Origin: Candidatus Binataceae bacterium
GTDB taxonomy: Bacteria > Desulfobacterota > Binatia > Binatales > Binataceae
Assembly (NCBI GenBank): GCA_050010455.1
Contig: JBEKLA010000002.1
Coordinates: forward strand, 1 to 50,596
DNA: 50,596 nucleotides
Reading direction: 5' to 3'
Positions 1 to 10,158 of this stretch are shown piece by piece. How positions within the stretch are numbered: position 1 is the first letter of the stretch; each line of letters starts with the position of its first letter. Under the pieces are notes generated by a model that was given only the letters and a program-made list of their open reading frames with translations, was not told where the DNA came from and did not search any database. Position numbers and translations under genes: made by a program.

Positions 1-1
1 G

Positions 2-316
2 GCTGCGCTTTTGATGCAGCCTTCGGAGCGTGAGGGTTTTGGACTTCCGGTGATCGAGGCGATGGCATGCGGCGTTCCCGTGGTTGCCAGCGATTTGCCC
101 GCTTTGCGAGAGGCGGGCGGGCCGTCTACGACCTTCTGTCCGATCGCCGACGTGCCGGCATGGACGAACTCAATCGTCGAGTTGCTTCGCGAGCGACAGA
201 ATTGGCCTGAGCGTTGGAGAGAACGTCGGTTCGCGGCGCTAGGATGGGCGGCGAGGTTCAGTTGGCGCGAACACGCTCGAATGACTGTCCAAGTGTATAA
301 AGAGTTGTTGCATTAG
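2..316 (+). CDS. Glycosyltransferase family 4, C-terminal part (5' truncated by window edge)
   Basis: PSEREGFGLPVIEAMACGVPVVASD is the GT-B/GT4 signature; the frame is open back to the window start. Confidence 0.9.
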   Translation, partial: AALLMQPSEREGFGLPVIEAMACGVPVVASDLPALREAGGPSTTFCPIADVPAWTNSIVELLRERQNWPERWRERRFAALGWAARFSWREHARMTVQVYKELLH

Positions 317-449
317 GTAGTTGATGGCAATGCGACGACCTGAATATAGAAAGCGCATGAGGAGCGGAACAGCGAAGTGAGTATAGTCAGGAGCCTATAA
401 GATCTGTCGGCAGATCTGCTGACGGCTGTCGTGGCAAGGGGGGAAGCGA

Positions 450-1703
450 ATGGCCGCGAGTGGTTTCAGAGTTGTTCAGATCGGCAAGTATTATCCACCG
501 CACAAAGGCGGGATGGAGACCCATCTTCAGATGCTGTGTGGGGCGCTGCGGGAGTCGCTCGACGTCAAGGTGATCGTCGCAAGCGATGGGCGTCGCGGAG
601 AAGAGACCGTCATCGATGGCGTGAACGTCTCTCGAATGGGTACTCTGTTCAAACTTGCCGCCACGCCGATTTGTCCAGGGCTGGCGCGGCAAATACGCAA
701 TTTGCAGCCTGATCTGATTCACTTACACTTGCCCAATCCGTGGGCGGTGCGGGCTTGCCTTATGGCCGATCGCCAGACGCCGCTTGTGGTTACCTATCAC
801 AGCGATGTCGTGAAGCAGAAGGTGTTGGGCCGGCTTTTCGAACCGTGGTCGCGAAACATACTGAATCGCTGTGCTGCGGTGATTGCCACTTCGCGCGCGT
901 ATATCGAAAGCTCGCAGACGCTGACGAACTATCGCGGCAAGTGCCGCGTGGTGCCGCACGGGATTCCGCTTACGCCGTTCCGTCGTTACGACCAGATCGC
1001 GGCAGCGAGGATTCGCGAACGATACGGCCCACGGATCGTGATTACCGTCGGGCGCCTGGTTTATTACAAGGGCTTGGAGTACTTGATTCGCGCCATGGCT
1101 GCCGTGGAAGGCACGCTGCTTATCGTGGGCGAGGGGCCGTTGCGTTCGAGCCTCGAGCGTGAGGCTCGCGCAAACGGGGTGGCGAATCGAGTGGTGTTCC
1201 TCGGTGACGTGCCCGACGTAGTGCCGTACTATCACGCGGCCGACGTATTTGTCCTCGCCTCGATCGCGCGCAGCGAGGCCTTCGGCATAGTTCAGTTGGA
1301 AGCGATGGCCTGCGGCAAGCCGGTGATTAATACGCAGTTGGCGTCCGGAGTGCCCTTCGTTTCCGTGGATGGGGCGACCGGTTTAACGGTCGCTCCCGCC
1401 GACCACGAGCAGGTGGCGGTGGCGATGAATTGCCTGCTCAACGATTCGGCGCGCCGATCGCTATACGGACAGGCTGCGCAGCGCCGTGTGCGACAGGAGT
1501 TCACCGTCGCCAAGATGGCTGAGCGCACGCTTGAGCTTTATGGCGACGTCATGGGCTTCCCGATCGAGCGGCGGGAGATCGCGAGGCTTTCGGACCCCGG
1601 TGTCCGCAGTGCTCACTACGGAAGCTTTGCGGAAATCAAGCCCTCCCGCGTCGCGACAGGGATGGCGGCAGTTCGGAGCCCATCGGTCGGTCATCCCAGA
1701 TAG
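450..1703 (+). CDS. Glycosyltransferase family 4 protein
   Basis: KYYPPHKGGMETH N-terminus, GRLVYYKG and EAFGIVQLEAMACGKPVI motifs. Confidence 0.92.
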   Translation: MAASGFRVVQIGKYYPPHKGGMETHLQMLCGALRESLDVKVIVASDGRRGEETVIDGVNVSRMGTLFKLAATPICPGLARQIRNLQPDLIHLHLPNPWAVRACLMADRQTPLVVTYHSDVVKQKVLGRLFEPWSRNILNRCAAVIATSRAYIESSQTLTNYRGKCRVVPHGIPLTPFRRYDQIAAARIRERYGPRIVITVGRLVYYKGLEYLIRAMAAVEGTLLIVGEGPLRSSLEREARANGVANRVVFLGDVPDVVPYYHAADVFVLASIARSEAFGIVQLEAMACGKPVINTQLASGVPFVSVDGATGLTVAPADHEQVAVAMNCLLNDSARRSLYGQAAQRRVRQEFTVAKMAERTLELYGDVMGFPIERREIARLSDPGVRSAHYGSFAEIKPSRVATGMAAVRSPSVGHPR

Positions 1704-1732
1704 GGATGCCGGCCGCGAGCTAGCGGTCTCAT

Positions 1733-2065
1733 CTAGTTGGTGGCGGAGCTTTTGCCTCCATCCTTGAGGAGCGGTTCGAGTTCGCCGCTCTCGTACAACT
1801 CTCGCACGATGTCGCATCCGCCAACGAACTTGCCGTTGATGTAGACCTGCGGAATCGTCGGCCAGTTGCTGTAGCGCTTGATCTCATCGCGCAACTCCGG
1901 GTCGGTCAGCACGTCGGCAGTGGCGAATGGCACTCCCATTTGCTCGAAAATCTGAACCGTCGCCGCGGAGAAGCCGCATTGCGGGAAGGTGCGCGTGCCC
2001 TTCATGAAGATCATCACCTTATTACTGGTGATCGCCGATTTAATCCTTTCGATAACTTCCGCCAT
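1733..2065 (-). CDS. grxD: Monothiol glutaredoxin (Grx4 family)
   Basis: FMKGT..PQCGFS active site, SNWPTIPQVYING, GGCD. Confidence 0.95.
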   Translation of the reverse strand: MAEVIERIKSAITSNKVMIFMKGTRTFPQCGFSAATVQIFEQMGVPFATADVLTDPELRDEIKRYSNWPTIPQVYINGKFVGGCDIVRELYESGELEPLLKDGGKSSATN

Positions 2066-2072
2066 CGCGAAC

Positions 2073-2318
2073 CTACCTCCCTGGCCGATATTGAGATGGG
2101 GTCAGCGTTTTGAGACTCAAGGCGTGCACCTGCTGGCGCATCGCGTCACCCAAGGCTCGATAAACCATCTGGTGGCGCTCGACCAACGAGCGGCCCTCGA
2201 AGTCCGCAGTGACGACGAGCGCCTCGAAATGATCACCGCCGCCGGTTAGGTCCTTTACTTCGACCTGGGCGCCAGCAAGAGCTGCCTCGATCTTGAGCTT
2301 GAGCTCACCCGCTTCCAT
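2073..2318 (-). CDS. bolA: BolA family protein
   Basis: GGGDHF, ERHQMVY, VHALSLKT motifs; adjacent to grxD; start placed at ATG 2318 (81 aa) rather than the ORF-track start. Confidence 0.92.
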   Translation of the reverse strand: MEAGELKLKIEAALAGAQVEVKDLTGGGDHFEALVVTADFEGRSLVERHQMVYRALGDAMRQQVHALSLKTLTPSQYRPGR

Positions 2319-2604
2319 GTAGGGTATGCTAACTGGTCGCGGCCAGCCAGATCCACTAAAAGCCAACCCCCATGATGCCGTGGGATTCCCATCGACAGTA
2401 AACCGGCGGACGGTCGATAGACTGATTTGCGTTGCTAATGCCGCGACCAATCGAACGGATTTTAGCTATAGGATAGCGGGTTTTGTAAAGCTGCTTGCTT
2501 TAGGCAACTGGCGTGACATAGTGGAAGGAGGACTACGAAACTAACCATTTGGGCAGATCTACGGATGATGGTTACGTAACCGAGCGCTGGAGAGCCCAAA
2601 GTCG

Positions 2605-3837
2605 ATGTTGCCCCCGCTACGAGCGAATACGAAAATGAGAAGGTATCCGGATTCGGTGGACGTGAGGCTGTCGAACACCCGAGGAACGTTTACCACGCTT
2701 AGCCTGGCGGCGGTTACGGCTGTGATTGTCCTGACAATGACCTTGCTGGGCAGCGGGGCGGTCAACGCCCAACAGGGCGGCTATAACCCGCAACTCACGA
2801 CGCCGGGCAGTCAGGGGTCGGGCGGTACGGTGCTCGAGCTTCCAGCCACTCGCCGCCAGGAAGTAGCACCGCCGGCCGTACCGCAGCTCACTCCTCAGCG
2901 GGGTCAGGAACTCGAGATTCCGTCGCGCCAGCTTCGCAGCCAGGCCGGTTATACGCAGGTCACGGTTACGGTGACCAATCCGAACGGAGGGTATGTTCCC
3001 GGCCTTACCAAAGATGACTTTCGCGTTTACGAAAACGGCCAGCAAAGGCCGGTTGAGTTTCTGCGTCAGGACCTGAATACTCCCGTATCGATCGGCATCC
3101 TGGTTGACACTTCCGGCAGCATGCAGCCGAAGATCCCGCAGGCGCGCGCGGCGATCGCACAATTCCTGCGCAACCTCAACGAACGCGACGACGTCTTTCT
3201 GTTTGCGTTTTCCGATCGTCCGTTTCTACTTCAGCCCTTTACCAGCGATCACTCCCTGGTGATGAGCCGCCTCGGTCTGCTCCACGCGTATGGCCGGACG
3301 GCGCTCTACGACGTGCTGCTGGACGGCCTCCTGATGGTGCAGCGCGGGCGCTACGACAAGAAGGCGATTTTGGTCGTAACGGACGGGATGGATACCGCCA
3401 GCCGCTCGTCGTTGAACCAGGTTATCGCGCAGGCGCGCCGGATGGGGGTTCTGGTCTATTCGATTGGTATCGGCGATCCGGGCGCTGGTTCGGGACCGGG
3501 AGTTGGGATTTCGCTGGGCCCGCTGATTTTTGGCGGCGGCGGCGACCTCGAACGGGTCGACGCCGAAACGCTCAAGATGCTGTCTAACGAGACCGGCGCC
3601 AAAACTTTTATCATCCGAGAAGTTGGTGACGGCGAGGCGCTGCGCAACGCGACCGCGTCGATCAGCCAGGAGCTGCGCGAGCAGTATACGGTAGGTTTTC
3701 TGTCGCCCGATCCGGAGCACGGCGGCTATCGCAACCTGCGCGTCGAGGTGCCCGGACATCCGGGTGATATGGTGCGGGTGCGCAAGGGCGTTACGGTGGG
3801 CGAGGGCGGCGGCGCCGAATCCGCCGCCGCGCGTTAG
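2605..3837 (+). CDS. Exported VWA-domain protein (acidobacterial VWFA-related type)
   Basis: Hydrophobic signal-like segment, VTVTN..GLTKDDFRVYENG, MIDAS motif DTSGS, TALYD, VTDG; start uncertain (2605/2635 or later). Confidence 0.85.
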   Translation: MLPPLRANTKMRRYPDSVDVRLSNTRGTFTTLSLAAVTAVIVLTMTLLGSGAVNAQQGGYNPQLTTPGSQGSGGTVLELPATRRQEVAPPAVPQLTPQRGQELEIPSRQLRSQAGYTQVTVTVTNPNGGYVPGLTKDDFRVYENGQQRPVEFLRQDLNTPVSIGILVDTSGSMQPKIPQARAAIAQFLRNLNERDDVFLFAFSDRPFLLQPFTSDHSLVMSRLGLLHAYGRTALYDVLLDGLLMVQRGRYDKKAILVVTDGMDTASRSSLNQVIAQARRMGVLVYSIGIGDPGAGSGPGVGISLGPLIFGGGGDLERVDAETLKMLSNETGAKTFIIREVGDGEALRNATASISQELREQYTVGFLSPDPEHGGYRNLRVEVPGHPGDMVRVRKGVTVGEGGGAESAAAR

Positions 3838-3898
3838 CGGCGACGGCGTTGTGTTAGCGGGAGCTCCTAGCGCTATCGCCACTCGTCACGCCATACGC

Positions 3899-4582
3899 CT
3901 ATTTCTTGAAGGGGGGCAAGAACGCTCGCGACGGATCGGGCAGCAGATTCGAGAACTTTATTTCCGCGAAATCGCCCACGATCTCGATGCCAAAGAACGA
4001 CGCATTGTCGACGCGCAGCCGATGGTAATGGCGCAGCTCCAGCTTCATGAAATGGCAGACCGCGGTGCGAATGATATCGCCGTGAGAGACGAACAATACC
4101 CGGCGGCCGTGGTTTGCCTCCATCGCGCGCATAACCGCGCCGACTCCGCGCGCCTGCACCTGTACGATAGTCTCGCCGCCCGGCGTCACGCTCTCGATCG
4201 GCGACTTGCGGAAAGCGAGGAAACTCTCGTCCTCGATGAGCTGCTGATAAGTCATCCCTTCCCACTTGCCGTAGCGCACTTCTTCGAGCTGAGGCTCGTC
4301 GATTACTTCGATACCGCCGACGGCGGCCGCGATAATCTCGGCGGATTGGCGCGCGCGGGCCAGCGGACTGGACAGGATTAAATCCGGCTTCAGCATCCGC
4401 GCGAGCGGTATCGAGCTCGCTACCTGCTCACGGCCGGCGGCGTCCAGTTCGACTGGTTGGCGGCCCATCACCCGGCCTTCCCGGTTCCATGGGGTCTCGC
4501 CATGTCTCATCAGAATCGCGGTGCCGCGGATTTTAACCGCTTCCTTAAGTTTGTCAGCCACGTAAAAAGGCCCCAGTGCCAT
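3899..4582 (-). CDS. Histidine phosphatase (phosphoglycerate mutase-like) family protein
   Basis: RHGET..N, SSPL.RA, GKWEG, VSHG motifs; true start may be slightly downstream. Confidence 0.9.
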   Translation of the reverse strand: MALGPFYVADKLKEAVKIRGTAILMRHGETPWNREGRVMGRQPVELDAAGREQVASSIPLARMLKPDLILSSPLARARQSAEIIAAAVGGIEVIDEPQLEEVRYGKWEGMTYQQLIEDESFLAFRKSPIESVTPGGETIVQVQARGVGAVMRAMEANHGRRVLFVSHGDIIRTAVCHFMKLELRHYHRLRVDNASFFGIEIVGDFAEIKFSNLLPDPSRAFLPPFKK

Positions 4583-4682
4583 GTGCTTATCACCCGGAGG
4601 CGAACGCCAGCTTGATTGCGAGCGTTACAGACAGCGCCCGCCATTGTTGATGTTTTGGTTGTCGATGTCCAGACAGCAGGAT

Positions 4683-5915
4683 TTACTTGCTCTGAAGCTC
4701 GGTTGTCCGATTGCCGTTTGCGGGCGCCGCGGTCGCCGCGTGAGCGGCGCCAAGTCCGCAGAATGCTTCATAATCGATAAGCTTGGTCTGCGTGGGATGG
4801 TCCCCGCAAACCGGGCAATCGGGATTGCGTTTTAGCTTGAGGACTCGAACATAGTCGCGATCGGACAACGTATCGAAGTAGACCATCGAGCCGATTAGCG
4901 GCTTCCCGGCACCCAGAATCAGCTTGATCGCCTCAAGCGCCTCGATCGAACCGATGATTCCGGGCAAAACGCCCAGTACTCCGGCCTCGGCGCACGACGG
5001 CGCCATCCCGGGCGCGGGCGGTTCCGGATAAAGGCATCGATAGCAGGGACCGCCATTGTGCGGATAGAAGACCGTGGCGTTGCCCTCGAACTGAAAGACC
5101 GCGCCATCCACCAGCGGCTTCCTTGCGAACACGCAGGCGTCATTGATCAGGTAGCGAGTCGGAAAGTTATCGCTGCAGTTAACGATAACGTCGTAACCGC
5201 CGATCACTTCCATCACGTTTTCCGAGCTCAACCGCATCTCGTGACGAATAACCTTGACGCCGGGATTGAGAGCGTTGATCGACTTCTGCGCCGACTCGGT
5301 CTTGAGCGTGCCAACCCGATCGCTGGCGTGAATTATCTGGCGCTGGAGGTTCGAGATGTCGACGACGTCGTAATCGACGACGCCGATAGTGCCGACGCCC
5401 GCGGCGGCCAGATACAGGCCCGAGGGCGAGCCCAGCGCGCCGGCACCGACCAGCAGCACCTTGGCGTCGAGCAGCTTGGCTTGGCCCTTCTCACCGACGT
5501 CGGGCATCACGAAATGGCGCGAGTAACGCGCCAGTTCATCCGGGCTGAACTGATGATCGGCGACCCACGGCAGTCCTTTCGCCTTCCAGGCCGTGAAACC
5601 GCCTTCCAGATTGTACAGATTCTCGTAGCCCATCTCGCGCAACGTGCGCGCCGCCAACAGCGAGCGCGTGCCCGAGGCGCATTGAAGGATTATCGGTGTT
5701 TTGCGATCCGGAATGCTCTCTTCGACGCGAAGCTCGAGGAATCCACGCGGGATACCAATCGCTTGTGGCAGATGGCCCTGGCGCCGCTCCTCGCTCTCGC
5801 GAACGTCGAGCATCACGACGCCGTGGCTCTCCAGCATCCGCCGGGCTTCCTCGACGCTGATTTGCCTAATCTCGGCCCGCGCCTCGTCGAGGATTCCCTT
5901 CGAAGTCTTGGCCAT
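4683..5915 (-). CDS. moeB: Rhodanese + ThiF/MoeB adenylyltransferase fusion (MoeZ-like, rhodanese N-terminal)
   Basis: LDVRE and CASGTRS rhodanese loop; RYSRH, GAGALGS, SNLQRQ, PCYRC, CPVCG; start at ATG 5915. Confidence 0.9.
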   Translation of the reverse strand: MAKTSKGILDEARAEIRQISVEEARRMLESHGVVMLDVRESEERRQGHLPQAIGIPRGFLELRVEESIPDRKTPIILQCASGTRSLLAARTLREMGYENLYNLEGGFTAWKAKGLPWVADHQFSPDELARYSRHFVMPDVGEKGQAKLLDAKVLLVGAGALGSPSGLYLAAAGVGTIGVVDYDVVDISNLQRQIIHASDRVGTLKTESAQKSINALNPGVKVIRHEMRLSSENVMEVIGGYDVIVNCSDNFPTRYLINDACVFARKPLVDGAVFQFEGNATVFYPHNGGPCYRCLYPEPPAPGMAPSCAEAGVLGVLPGIIGSIEALEAIKLILGAGKPLIGSMVYFDTLSDRDYVRVLKLKRNPDCPVCGDHPTQTKLIDYEAFCGLGAAHAATAAPANGNRTTELQSK

Positions 5916-5967
5916 AGCGTCTAGCTGTCCCACCCGTCGGCGGGCCTTAGTTCGCTCGCTCGATACG

Positions 5968-7278
5968 TCAGCCCGCCGCGGGAGCCACGGCTTGGGCCAG
6001 CGGCTGGCGTTTGACGAATTTGATCGCCGCGTTGTCGACGTTGATCGAGCACAGCGAGCCGCACATCGTGCATACGTTCGAGCCCGCGGCCTCGCTTTCC
6101 TCTTTGTAACGGCGGGCCTTGTCGGGATCCATCGCCAGCGCATACATGCCCTGCCAGTCGAGCGCCTTGCGATAGCGCGACATCTGGTCGTTCCATAGCT
6201 TGGCGGCCCGCACCCCTTTGACCAGGTCGCCCGAATGCGCGGCGATTCGAGTAGCGATTACGCCCTCGCGCACGTCGTCGATATCGGGCAGGCGCAGATG
6301 CTCGGCTGGAGTCACGTAGCAGAGGAAATCGGTGCCGGCAGCCGCCGCGATCGCTCCGCCGATCGCGCCGGTAATATGATCGTAGCCCGGCGCAACGTCG
6401 CAGGTCAGCGGTCCGAGCACATAAAAGGGCGCGCCGCCGCAGATCCGCTTCTCGAGCTGGACGTTGGCTTGAATCTGATCGAGCGGCACGTGGCCTGGGC
6501 CCTCGATCATCACCTGAACGCCAAGCTCGCGCGCGCGCTGAGTCAACTCGCCCAGCACGAGCAGTTCGCCGAGCTGGCCGCGATCGGTCGCGTCGCCCGT
6601 GGCGCCCGGCCGAAGCCCGTCGCCCAGCGATATCGTGACGTCATGCTCGCGCAGGATTCCGCACAATCGGTCGAACTGCTCGTATAGCGGATTCTCGTTG
6701 CCGGTGCGCTCGATCCAGGCGGCGATCAGCGCTCCGCCGCGCGACACGATTCCCTCGATCCGGGACTGGCCGCGCAACCGCTTTACCGTCTCACGAGTCA
6801 CGCCGCAATGCAGCGTCATGTAATCGACGCCCTGGCGCGCCTGGCGCTCGATCACTTCGAAGAAAAACCCCGCGTCCAGGTTCATGATCGAGCCTTCGGA
6901 AGCGACCTGATAGATCGGCACCGTGCCCAGGATGACCGGGCATCGCGAAAGCAGCTCGACGCGAATCCGATCGAGATCGGTTCCGGTCGACAAGTCCATC
7001 GCCGAATCGGCGCCAAACCGCACCGCGGTGTAGAGCTTGTCGATCTCTTCGGCCAGAAACTGATGGAAGTTTGAGGCGCCGATATTGGCGTTGACCTTGG
7101 TCCGCAGCCGTTTGCCGATTCCGATCGCGCGGAACTGATGATGGATATTATGCGGGATCACCAGCTCGCCGCTGGCGACCAGATCGCGAATCTCTTCCGG
7201 TGCGAGGCCCTCGTCCTCGGCCACCTCGCGCATCTGCTGGGTAATCGTGCCCTTTCGCGCGGCCTCTAGTTGAGTCAT
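5968..7278 (-). CDS. thiC: Phosphomethylpyrimidine synthase, short form
   Basis: [62 protein letters not shown]-terminal CTMCGSLC; start at ATG 7278. Confidence 0.88.
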   Translation of the reverse strand: MTQLEAARKGTITQQMREVAEDEGLAPEEIRDLVASGELVIPHNIHHQFRAIGIGKRLRTKVNANIGASNFHQFLAEEIDKLYTAVRFGADSAMDLSTGTDLDRIRVELLSRCPVILGTVPIYQVASEGSIMNLDAGFFFEVIERQARQGVDYMTLHCGVTRETVKRLRGQSRIEGIVSRGGALIAAWIERTGNENPLYEQFDRLCGILREHDVTISLGDGLRPGATGDATDRGQLGELLVLGELTQRARELGVQVMIEGPGHVPLDQIQANVQLEKRICGGAPFYVLGPLTCDVAPGYDHITGAIGGAIAAAAGTDFLCYVTPAEHLRLPDIDDVREGVIATRIAAHSGDLVKGVRAAKLWNDQMSRYRKALDWQGMYALAMDPDKARRYKEESEAAGSNVCTMCGSLCSINVDNAAIKFVKRQPLAQAVAPAAG

Positions 7279-7490
7279 CGTTGGCACCTCTGATTTCTGA
7301 TATAGGCACTGGCGCGGCGCAAAGCCGACGCCAGGCAATCGTCATCGCAGCCTGCCGTGCCGCTGGGTTTGCCCGCGCCGAGCTTGCAATCCGATTCGGC
7401 ACCGCATTCGCATCAGCCACGCCCGGCGGACGCGACCGATGCTAGACACATACTGGCAACACTATACAACTTACCGCAATCCGTCGACAA

Positions 7491-7506
7491 AGAGGCCGCG
7501 GCCTCT
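7491..7506. terminator. Perfect 16-bp palindrome AGAGGCCGCGGCCTCT, possible weak terminator after archease
   Basis: Perfect inverted repeat about 35 nt past the archease stop, with a short T run on the minus strand. Confidence 0.35.
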
Positions 7507-7539
7507 CGTGGCAGCCCACCGTAAAGGCGTGCGCCACCC

Positions 7540-7974
7540 TCAGCGATCGAAAATGATCCGAGCTCGCCAATCCCCGTTGGGGGCGGGCGCAACCTCCAAC
7601 TGATGATAGGTCACGGCCTTGATCTCGCCCCGAAACTCGTGGCGTGCGGGATCGAATCGCTCGCCGGTCAGGCGTGCGGTCAGTTCGCCGCCGCGATCGT
7701 CGACCGCCGCTTCCAGCCAGATAAATCCATCAATCAGAAATAGATTCAGTGCCGCCGCCAGCAAGTCGTGCATCAGATCGCAGTCGTTATCCGCCGCCGC
7801 CGAGATGGTGCGGCTTTCGACCGCGCGAATCTCCTCGCCGGCCACCATCAGCCTGCCCAACGCGACGACTGCGCGGGCAAATAGTTCGGGCCGCGACGGC
7901 GCAACGATCTCGACGCCGACGTCGCCGGTATGCTCGAACTCGACAAAAAAGTCCTGGCTCGTCGACGTGGCCAT
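7540..7974 (-). CDS. Archease
   Basis: FEHTGDVG N-terminus, EIKAVTYHQL, C-terminal IIFD. Confidence 0.92.
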   Translation of the reverse strand: MATSTSQDFFVEFEHTGDVGVEIVAPSRPELFARAVVALGRLMVAGEEIRAVESRTISAAADNDCDLMHDLLAAALNLFLIDGFIWLEAAVDDRGGELTARLTGERFDPARHEFRGEIKAVTYHQLEVAPAPNGDWRARIIFDR

Positions 7975-8011
7975 AAGCTTTCTCCCTTGGTCTGGGAGAA
8001 CGAAGCCTTTG

Positions 8012-8764
8012 CTAGATCGCGAATCCGCCGTTAGGGCTGAGTACCTGACCGGTCATGTAAGAGCCGTCATCTGACGCGAGGAACAAGGCGGCAGAGGCGA
8101 TCTCGCGTGCCTCCCCAAAGCGTCCGAGCGGCGTCATCGCAACCGCCAACTGGCGGATCTCGTTGCGCAGCACCGCCGTCATCGGCGTTTCGATGAAACC
8201 CGGCGCGATACAGTTCACCAGGATGCCGCAAGAAACGACCTCGCGCGCAACCGCCTTGGTGAACGCGATGATCCCGCCCTTGGCCGCGCAGTAATGCGCC
8301 GATCCCGCCAGGCCGACGGTTCCGGCGACGGAGCCGAGATTGATTATCCGGCCGGACTTCTTAGGGATCATGATTTTTAGCGCTTCACGTGTGAAGTAAA
8401 AGGTGCCGTCCAGATGAATAGCGATCATCTCGTGCCAGCCCTCATCGCTCAACTCGACGGTGGCTTCGGGGAAGCGCTCGGCGTGCGCGATGCCGGCGTT
8501 GTTGATCAGCACGTCGATCGTGCCGAACTTGGCAACGAAGTCGTCAACAACTTTCTTGGCCGCGACGCTTTGCGCCACGTCAGCCACCAGCGCGATCGCC
8601 TCGCCCCCCGCGCGCCCGATTTCAGTGACGACGTTGTGGGCCGATTCGGGCCGGATATCGTTTATGCCGATCCGTGCTCCCTCCCGCGCGAAGGTTAGCG
8701 CCGTCTCGCGTCCGAGGCCCGAGCCCCCGCCAGTTATCAGGACCGCCTTTCCTTTGAGCTTCAT
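8012..8764 (-). CDS. SDR family oxidoreductase (FabG-like)
   Basis: TGGGSGLG, NNAG, YCAAKGG, NCIAPG; start at ATG 8764. Confidence 0.92.
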   Translation of the reverse strand: MKLKGKAVLITGGGSGLGRETALTFAREGARIGINDIRPESAHNVVTEIGRAGGEAIALVADVAQSVAAKKVVDDFVAKFGTIDVLINNAGIAHAERFPEATVELSDEGWHEMIAIHLDGTFYFTREALKIMIPKKSGRIINLGSVAGTVGLAGSAHYCAAKGGIIAFTKAVAREVVSCGILVNCIAPGFIETPMTAVLRNEIRQLAVAMTPLGRFGEAREIASAALFLASDDGSYMTGQVLSPNGGFAI

Positions 8765-8808
8765 CGTTTTCTCCCCAGAGTTCGTCGACCACGTTGGTAT
8801 CGTACCGC

Positions 8809-9147
8809 TTACTTCTTGCCCTCCTTGAGCTGGCGTTTCCAATCCAGGCGCCGGGCTTCGGCGCCCGCGGCTTCGGCCTCCTGAATCATGCCTTTCTTCT
8901 GGTAGAACATGCTCAGATTGGTGAACGCCAGGATGTCCTCGGGATCGCGCTCGATCGAGCGCTTGGTCAACGCGATCGCGGCGTCGAGATCGCCCTTGGC
9001 CTGATAGCACATCGTCAGGCCGTGAATCGCGTCGTCGAAATTGGGATCGAGTTCGAGTGCTTGTTTGTAGAGCGCTATCGCTTCGTCGTATTTGTTCTCC
9101 GCGTACAGATCGACGGCGTCGTCGCAGAGTTGTTCCTTATCGGCCAT
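8809..9147 (-). CDS. Small tetratricopeptide repeat protein
   Basis: AIALYKQALELDPNF and further TPR-like helices; start at ATG 9147. Confidence 0.85.
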   Translation of the reverse strand: MADKEQLCDDAVDLYAENKYDEAIALYKQALELDPNFDDAIHGLTMCYQAKGDLDAAIALTKRSIERDPEDILAFTNLSMFYQKKGMIQEAEAAGAEARRLDWKRQLKEGKK

Positions 9148-9313
9148 CGCAGCCTCCGAGCCCGAAAATTTCTTGGGGACGGTCATGCCTTGTATATAAT
9201 AAACCTGGTCGCGGCAGAAACGTTCGCTTCGCGGCTCTCGAATCGATCGCTATCCGTTTGCCGACGGCGAGAGTAGCGGCGGAGGTAAACATCAACCAAG
9301 CGAGGAGAATCCT

Positions 9314-10030
9314 ATGACCGTAACCGCATCGTCGCAGGTGGCCGTAGTCGTGGGAATCGGGCCGGGCCTGGGCGCCGCGCTGGTCCGGCGCTTCGCCCGA
9401 GAGTATCGCGTGGCGATGATCGCGCGCACCGCCGGCTACATGGACAAGCTCGGCGTCGAGATCCGCGCCGCGGGCGGCGCCGCCGCCAGCTTTCCGGCCG
9501 ACGTCGGGGTCGCCGAGCAGGTTGCCGCATCGTTCGAGAAGATTCGCCGCGAGCTGGGCGCGCCCGAGATTCTGCTCTACAACGCCGGCGCCGGCCCGTT
9601 CGGCTCAATCGCGGAAGTGTCGCCGGAAGATTTCGAAAGCTGCTGGCGCGGCAACGCATTCGGCGCTTTCCTATGCGCCAAGCAAGTGTTTGGCGACATG
9701 GTCGCGCGCGGCCGCGGCGTGATGCTGTTCACCGGCGCGACCGCCGGAGTCAAAGCCGGCGCGCGCTCCGCAGCCTTTGGACCCGCGAAGTTCGCGCTAC
9801 GCGGATTGGCACAATCGATGGCGCGTGACCTCGGGCCCAAGGGCGTTCACGTCGCGCATATCAACGTCGACGGTGTGATCGATATTCCTGGCCGAAGCTT
9901 CCCCGGCTTCAAGCCGGAAGACATGCTGAAGCCCGACGCTATCGCCGAAACATATTGGCATCTCGCCCATCAGGACCGCAGCGCCTGGACGATGGAACTC
10001 GAGGTCCGCCCCTTCAAGGAAAAATTTTGA
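9314..10030 (+). CDS. SDR family oxidoreductase
   Basis: VGIGPGLG, YNAG, FTGATA, AKFALRGLAQSMAR, C-terminal RPFKEKF; AGGAG RBS upstream. Confidence 0.92.
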   Translation: MTVTASSQVAVVVGIGPGLGAALVRRFAREYRVAMIARTAGYMDKLGVEIRAAGGAAASFPADVGVAEQVAASFEKIRRELGAPEILLYNAGAGPFGSIAEVSPEDFESCWRGNAFGAFLCAKQVFGDMVARGRGVMLFTGATAGVKAGARSAAFGPAKFALRGLAQSMARDLGPKGVHVAHINVDGVIDIPGRSFPGFKPEDMLKPDAIAETYWHLAHQDRSAWTMELEVRPFKEKF

Positions 10031-10119
10031 TCAGCGGATCGGGTCGATCAGCACTCCCGGATTGAGGATTCCGCGCGGATCGAGCGCGTGCTTGGCGGCC
10101 TGGAGAGCGCGAAGCCGTC
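10031..10119 (-). repeat. Diverged copy of the last ~27 codons of the FAD oxidase gene (other copy at about 10940-11032)
   Basis: Direct alignment: 8 mismatches over 81 nt, mostly synonymous, then a 4-nt deletion in a CG run; encodes ..RALQAAKHALDPRGILNPGVLIDPIR*. Confidence 0.92.
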
Positions 10120-10158
10120 CTCCCTTTAATTTCGCCACGGTTTATTTCGGCAGCAGCG

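Noticed and set aside
7279-7539. TPP riboswitch upstream of thiC
   Set aside because: Conserved TPP aptamer elements not found by eye
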